Shown piece by piece: positions 59,639-64,000 of a stretch of DNA of 64,000 bases. A program made the translations under genes and the position numbers. How positions within the stretch are numbered: position 1 is the stretch's first letter; each line of letters starts with the position of its first letter. The notes below the pieces were generated by a model. The model saw only the letters and a list, made by a program, of their open reading frames with translations. It was not told the DNA's origin and made no database searches. The stretch is from Basidiobolus meristosporus CBS 931.73 (Eukaryota > Fungi > Basidiobolomycota): the NCBI GenBank assembly GCA_002104905.1, contig MCFE01000251.1, positions 1 through 64,000 of the forward strand, given 5' to 3'.

Positions 59639-62316
59639 CTAATCATCCTCGTCCACGAAGAATCCGTGTTTTTCCCCCAGAGAAATCCGGCCATCTACGA
59701 ACGAGTGTCGAGCTGCCATAACCTGCTCAACCCATCTTGAATCTATGTAGCCGTGAAGCATCGCTTGCTCAGCCTCTCCATAATCCGATTTCTCCCGAGC
59801 CATGATCAACCGAATGATGACTTCCGGGTGCAACACATCGTCACAAAAGAGCTGTAGGATTTTGGGGTTGGAAAGGTCGGGATGAATTGCCAGATGCTTT
59901 ACTTTAACCTCCATGAAATCGAGCCCTTCGGAGCTCATTAGGTCGCCTTCGATATCATACTGTTCCAAGAACATCTGCTTTACCACTCGCGAGATGAAAT
60001 GGAAATCGTTGATTCCAAAGGGCCCTCGGCTGATGTAATGGGCCAGCGTTCTGCGCTCGCGAAGGCTCCTGAAAAACTTGTCGTAGCGCCAGCTGTTCTT
60101 GTCATCTCCACACATGATTCTGATCAGGTCATCCTCATACGACATGACCTGTCTCCTTAGCGATGGGTTCTCGTACTCGGGGTCTTCCTTTTCGAGGGTG
60201 AAGTCTCCCAGCTGGTCCAAAATCGCCGTTAGTAACACAGCTCCGGTCTTTCGGGTTCACGTGGCCATACTTACTGGGCAGGTCTGGAATTCAGGCTCGT
60301 AGATGGTAAAAAACTCGTTGCGCGACAGGGTTTTGCGTTGCCCATCATAGAGCTGGGCTTTGTATTTGTTTGGTCTCTTGTACGAAATGATCTTGCCTGG
60401 GAAATAGGAGCGATTCGACTTCAGGTATGCCAAGCAAAGTTCCCCAGGGATCATAATACTTGCAATAAGATGGATCTTTAGTTGGAAGCAAGCAGGCGGT
60501 CATCAGGGCATACGTACCTAGTGTCCAGATCGAAATCAGGATCCTCGTTCAGAATCGCTTGGCTATATAAGCGTTAATAATGAGAGAGCTAAGTAGACAG
60601 AAGCTTTGTGTTACCTTTCAAATGAGAGTTCGCAAATTGGACTCTGTTGCGAGATGTCGGACCCTAAACCGCTGTCGTAGGTATGAGGGTTGTAGCTCTT
60701 CGGCGAAGCGTCTGTTGACTTCTTGGTTTCTGTGAGACGATAGGTGAGTATGGCGAGATCGAAGCACGCACGCAGGGAAACAGCTTACTTGCTTCAGCCG
60801 AGCTGTTTGTGGAGCTGTTGTCAGCCAAAAACGCTTCATCCGACGGCTTTTTGTGTCTGATAACCCGTGGTTTGATGATGGTTCGGGGTTTGATTACTGT
60901 CTTCTCGGCTTCCGAGTCACTGTCCGAGAAGGCAGGTGTTCTTCTTTTGGAATGAGATGCTTCTGGATTGCCTGTTCGTGAAGGTCTCAACGACAACTCG
61001 TCACGATCGTCGCGTGTGGGTTTTCGAATTGAGCTCCGATTAGTGTGTAGACCGCCCTGCTTGCATCCTGCAGTGGGCGATCTATCTTCCGTGGTAGTGC
61101 CATCACGGCCATGTAGCTTTTTCTTCTTCTCTTTCTTGTTGTCGATTTTAGTTGAACCCTTCTCAAGACTCTTCAGTAGTCTACCTTTGATCCCATCATT
61201 CTCCTTGTTGTGGGGTTTCGATGACGATCTTGTCGAGCTGGCATTTGCTTTAGACTTTGCTTCAGATTTCTTGAGCGAAAACGAAGCAAAATCGTCGTCG
61301 TCGTCCTCGTCTGTGAGGTAAGATCTTGGTTTGGAGTCCCTACTCTTAGAGCTTGTCTCTCGTAGTTTCTTTTTGCTGCTTTTGGTCTGTGTTTCCGCGG
61401 GCAAAGGCTTGGAATACCTTGTGATGGATGTGGGTCCGTAGATATTGCGCCATTGCGCTACGTTAGTCTTTTCCTTCCTGCTAGGCTCGATATCCGTGAG
61501 CTCAGAAAGAGAAGGCATTCTGACCAAGCCCTCGATCTTTCGGATTTCTTGGTTTCCTTTGAGGATTCGGGTTCGTTGACTCCGCTCGACTCGGTTGGGC
61601 TTGGGTGGAGATACAAAGTCGTCATTTTCCTGGCTTTTCTGGCAGCTTTTGGAGGACAGTCTGAGAGCGCTGTCCATGGTGGGCAAATCATCCTCGTCCA
61701 AGGTAGATAGCTCCGGCAAAAGAGTGGCAAGGTTTCCCTTGGTGCCAGCTTTTGACGAGCCTTTAGTCGAGCGAGGAATCGCTGTGTTCAATATGTCTAC
61801 CATGGAGGGCAGCTCATCGCCATTAAGTGTCGCATCTCGTGCCAAAGATAGAGCGACTTTAAATTCCTTCTCTGCTTCGCAACCCTTCCACTGTTTGATG
61901 AACTCGTCTGCCTGCAAGCAGTGAAACGGCTGAATATTGTTCTTATTCGGGGCACCAAGACGTACGATTTCACCTCTGTGTTCGGTTTTGTGCAAAAGAG
62001 TAAGTTCAGGAGTGATTGGGGAAGGACCGTATATAAAACACCCACTTTCTATGGGAGAACTTCTGAATCTTCAAGGGCACTTTTGATCGATCACCTAGTA
62101 TCTAGTCGAAGTTGTGATATAGATGACTGCAGATAATGTGACAGTCGTCACTGGAGAATACACTACCTTTCCGGGCCACCATTTTCCTTTGCGTTCAACC
62201 CAGACGATGTCAGGCAAGTTGGAGGGCGTGATGGCATGGTATTTTGAAGTCAGTACCTCTGGAGGTGAAGTGGCACCTGCCTCGAATTGGCGACCAAGTG
62301 TTCTGGAAGACGACAT
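59639..62316 (-). CDS. Multi-exon PWWP-domain chromatin protein with a PWWP3A/MUM1-like C-terminal region
   Basis: N-terminal VWVERKGKWWPGKV; long Lys/Ser-rich linker (60790-61995); second PWWP/Tudor-like LCLAYLKSNRSYFPGKI; intron 60212-60274 (GTAAGT...CTAAC...CAG); C-terminal DVLHPEVIIRLI...DYGEAE; some exon boundaries uncertain. Confidence 0.75.
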
Positions 62317-63592
62317 GAACACTCTGTTTGGATATTGCCAGAAAGATACGAAAACTGTATGTCAACCGAGTATTGGTCGCTCTTGGGCTCAGACACTTGA
62401 TGTTTTAACCAATCTTTTGAGAGGGAATGAGCAAATTCAACATAAAAACAATAAAATTTCCATTTCATGATTTACGAAAATCAGCTGGCCAGATGCCTCA
62501 TTGGTTGATGGGTGGAGTCCCAACAGGTGCTATTCTACTGCGATTCTTCCACCAAAATCATACACTGCGTAAATGATCTTCACCGGGGACCTTAATGCTG
62601 CTGAGACGGTTGGACATGGTCATTGTGTTGAACAGAGTTTTGCCTACCATCGGAGAACCTTCTCTGAGGTTCTGGGAAAACAAGGCCTCATATTCAATGC
62701 AGACTTCTTGATTGGTCAGCGCTTACCGGGGTGTTTGTTTATCCAACTCGACACCGCTATACCCGTTTTTGGCGACAAATGGAGGTGCAAACTGCGTATA
62801 AATCCACGAATGGTCACATAAATACTCATTGAGGTTGGATAACTTGGTTGGCACGGCCAGCCAGGAAGAGCACCCACGAAGGTTATCTTGGCCAGCTTGG
62901 TGATGGAGCCTGAATCGCCCATCTGTGATACCTCATGGTGTGACAACTTGCGTTTAAGGGATCACGATGCTCCCATGCAGACACAACGATGGTGGACTCT
63001 GCCGTGATGCACAGTGTGGCTAGCTGTTGGCTTCAAAGGTGCAAGCCAATGCTCAAGCCGCGTATCGTGAAGGTGGCAGGCGGATGCCAGCACGTTATAG
63101 GAGCATCCGCTATTTGGGGCTGCCCATCCCTCATATGTCTGTGGTCTTTGGCCGCTCCAATTACCATCAGGACTGGTCATTACAGTGTAGGCACAAAGCG
63201 TAACGCAAAGGTTTCATCCAGATTGGCACATGTACGCTTATGTTGCATGCACTGGCGTCTACACCCGAACTATCATCGCCCTAACAACGAAATCTCTATC
63301 TCTTGATATCTAAGCCATTTACTCAATCGGAATCAAATTCATCTAGAATTGGTATCTAGTTAATCAGAACGTCAACTTCAAGTTCTTATTCTTCATTCAA
63401 CGCTTTATATTAGGGTGTATAAATAAGGAATAGGGATTATTGGCACTACCAGAGCACCCAAAAGAGATGTATGTGGGTCACACCTTGTTAAATAGTCGAA
63501 CACGATTTTTGGCCGCCCGTATCGGTTGCTTTTGGTTACTTGGCCGCTGTTTCTGTTGAGGAGTCTTCGTCAGAGAGACTCTGCGATATAGT

Positions 63593-64000
63593 ATGGAATA
63601 CTCCGGACAACCCACTGGCAACAATGTGCATGGCTCGATTACTTCGACAAATCACTACTTTGATGTGCGTTTCGAAGATGACCCTAGCACTCAGTTAAGG
63701 CAGCAGCTTGATGAACTTCAAGCAACCGTTCTCTCTCAAATAACCCTCGAATTCCGTACACTCCATGAGCGACTGGATACAGTCGAAAACAAGTTCAATG
63801 AAGTTTTGAGTTCGCCCCTAATCGGCACACGCATCTCTGGTTTGACACCACAGTATGGGGTGACACCCAGCACTAATGTTCCTCCAAGGCCTGTTCACCA
63901 AGGGATCAGCAATTCTATCAAGCAATACTCGGTTGTTCCGCAAGTCTCCACCCCAACTGTCTCCAGCCCTCTGGTGGCCTCCTCCATACAGATAGTTCGG
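63593..64000 (+). CDS. 5' part of an unknown protein (coiled-coil then Ser/Pro-rich), runs off the window
   Basis: ATG 63593 followed by 136 open codons: MEYSGQPTG...LRQQLDELQATVLSQITLEFRTLHERLDTVENKFNE...; absent from the ORF track because no stop is present. Confidence 0.6.
   Translation, partial: MEYSGQPTGNNVHGSITSTNHYFDVRFEDDPSTQLRQQLDELQATVLSQITLEFRTLHERLDTVENKFNEVLSSPLIGTRISGLTPQYGVTPSTNVPPRPVHQGISNSIKQYSVVPQVSTPTVSSPLVASSIQIVR

Noticed and set aside
58850-59721. Short overlapping ORFs between PGK and the PWWP gene
   Set aside because: No recognisable motif or splice pattern; treated as intergenic.

Overview
Eukaryotic, fungal-type window, probably an early-diverging fungus (inferred from the PGK sequence, short introns and TE families; the species cannot be determined). 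Bases 1 to ~55,400 form a nested transposon graveyard that is strongly CpG-depleted in its older parts. It contains: two Ty1/copia families (A and B, all copies damaged); an intact Ty3/gypsy element with identical LTRs (18802-23740); a CpG-rich, decaying Ty3/gypsy element with an extra third ORF (48679-55231); about five fragments of a two-gene CACTA/EnSpm family; a PIF/Harbinger-IS5 (PHIS) DDE transposon (17318-25663, AGT TSD); its ~730-bp foldback MITEs (three full copies plus a fragment); and several solo LTRs. From ~56 kb the sequence becomes CpG-rich gene space: intronless phosphoglycerate kinase (-), a multi-exon PWWP protein with a PWWP3A/MUM1-like C-terminus (-), and the start of an unknown ORF (+). 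The most interesting signals are extreme CpG-specific mutation of TEs (4 of 5 LTR-LTR differences and the catalytic Asp codons of PR/RT/IN), a ~390-aa non-Env accessory ORF in a gypsy element, a PHIS transposon/foldback-MITE system with ANT-type TSDs, and copia copies apparently mobilised after they were already dead. All alignments and counts were done by eye.
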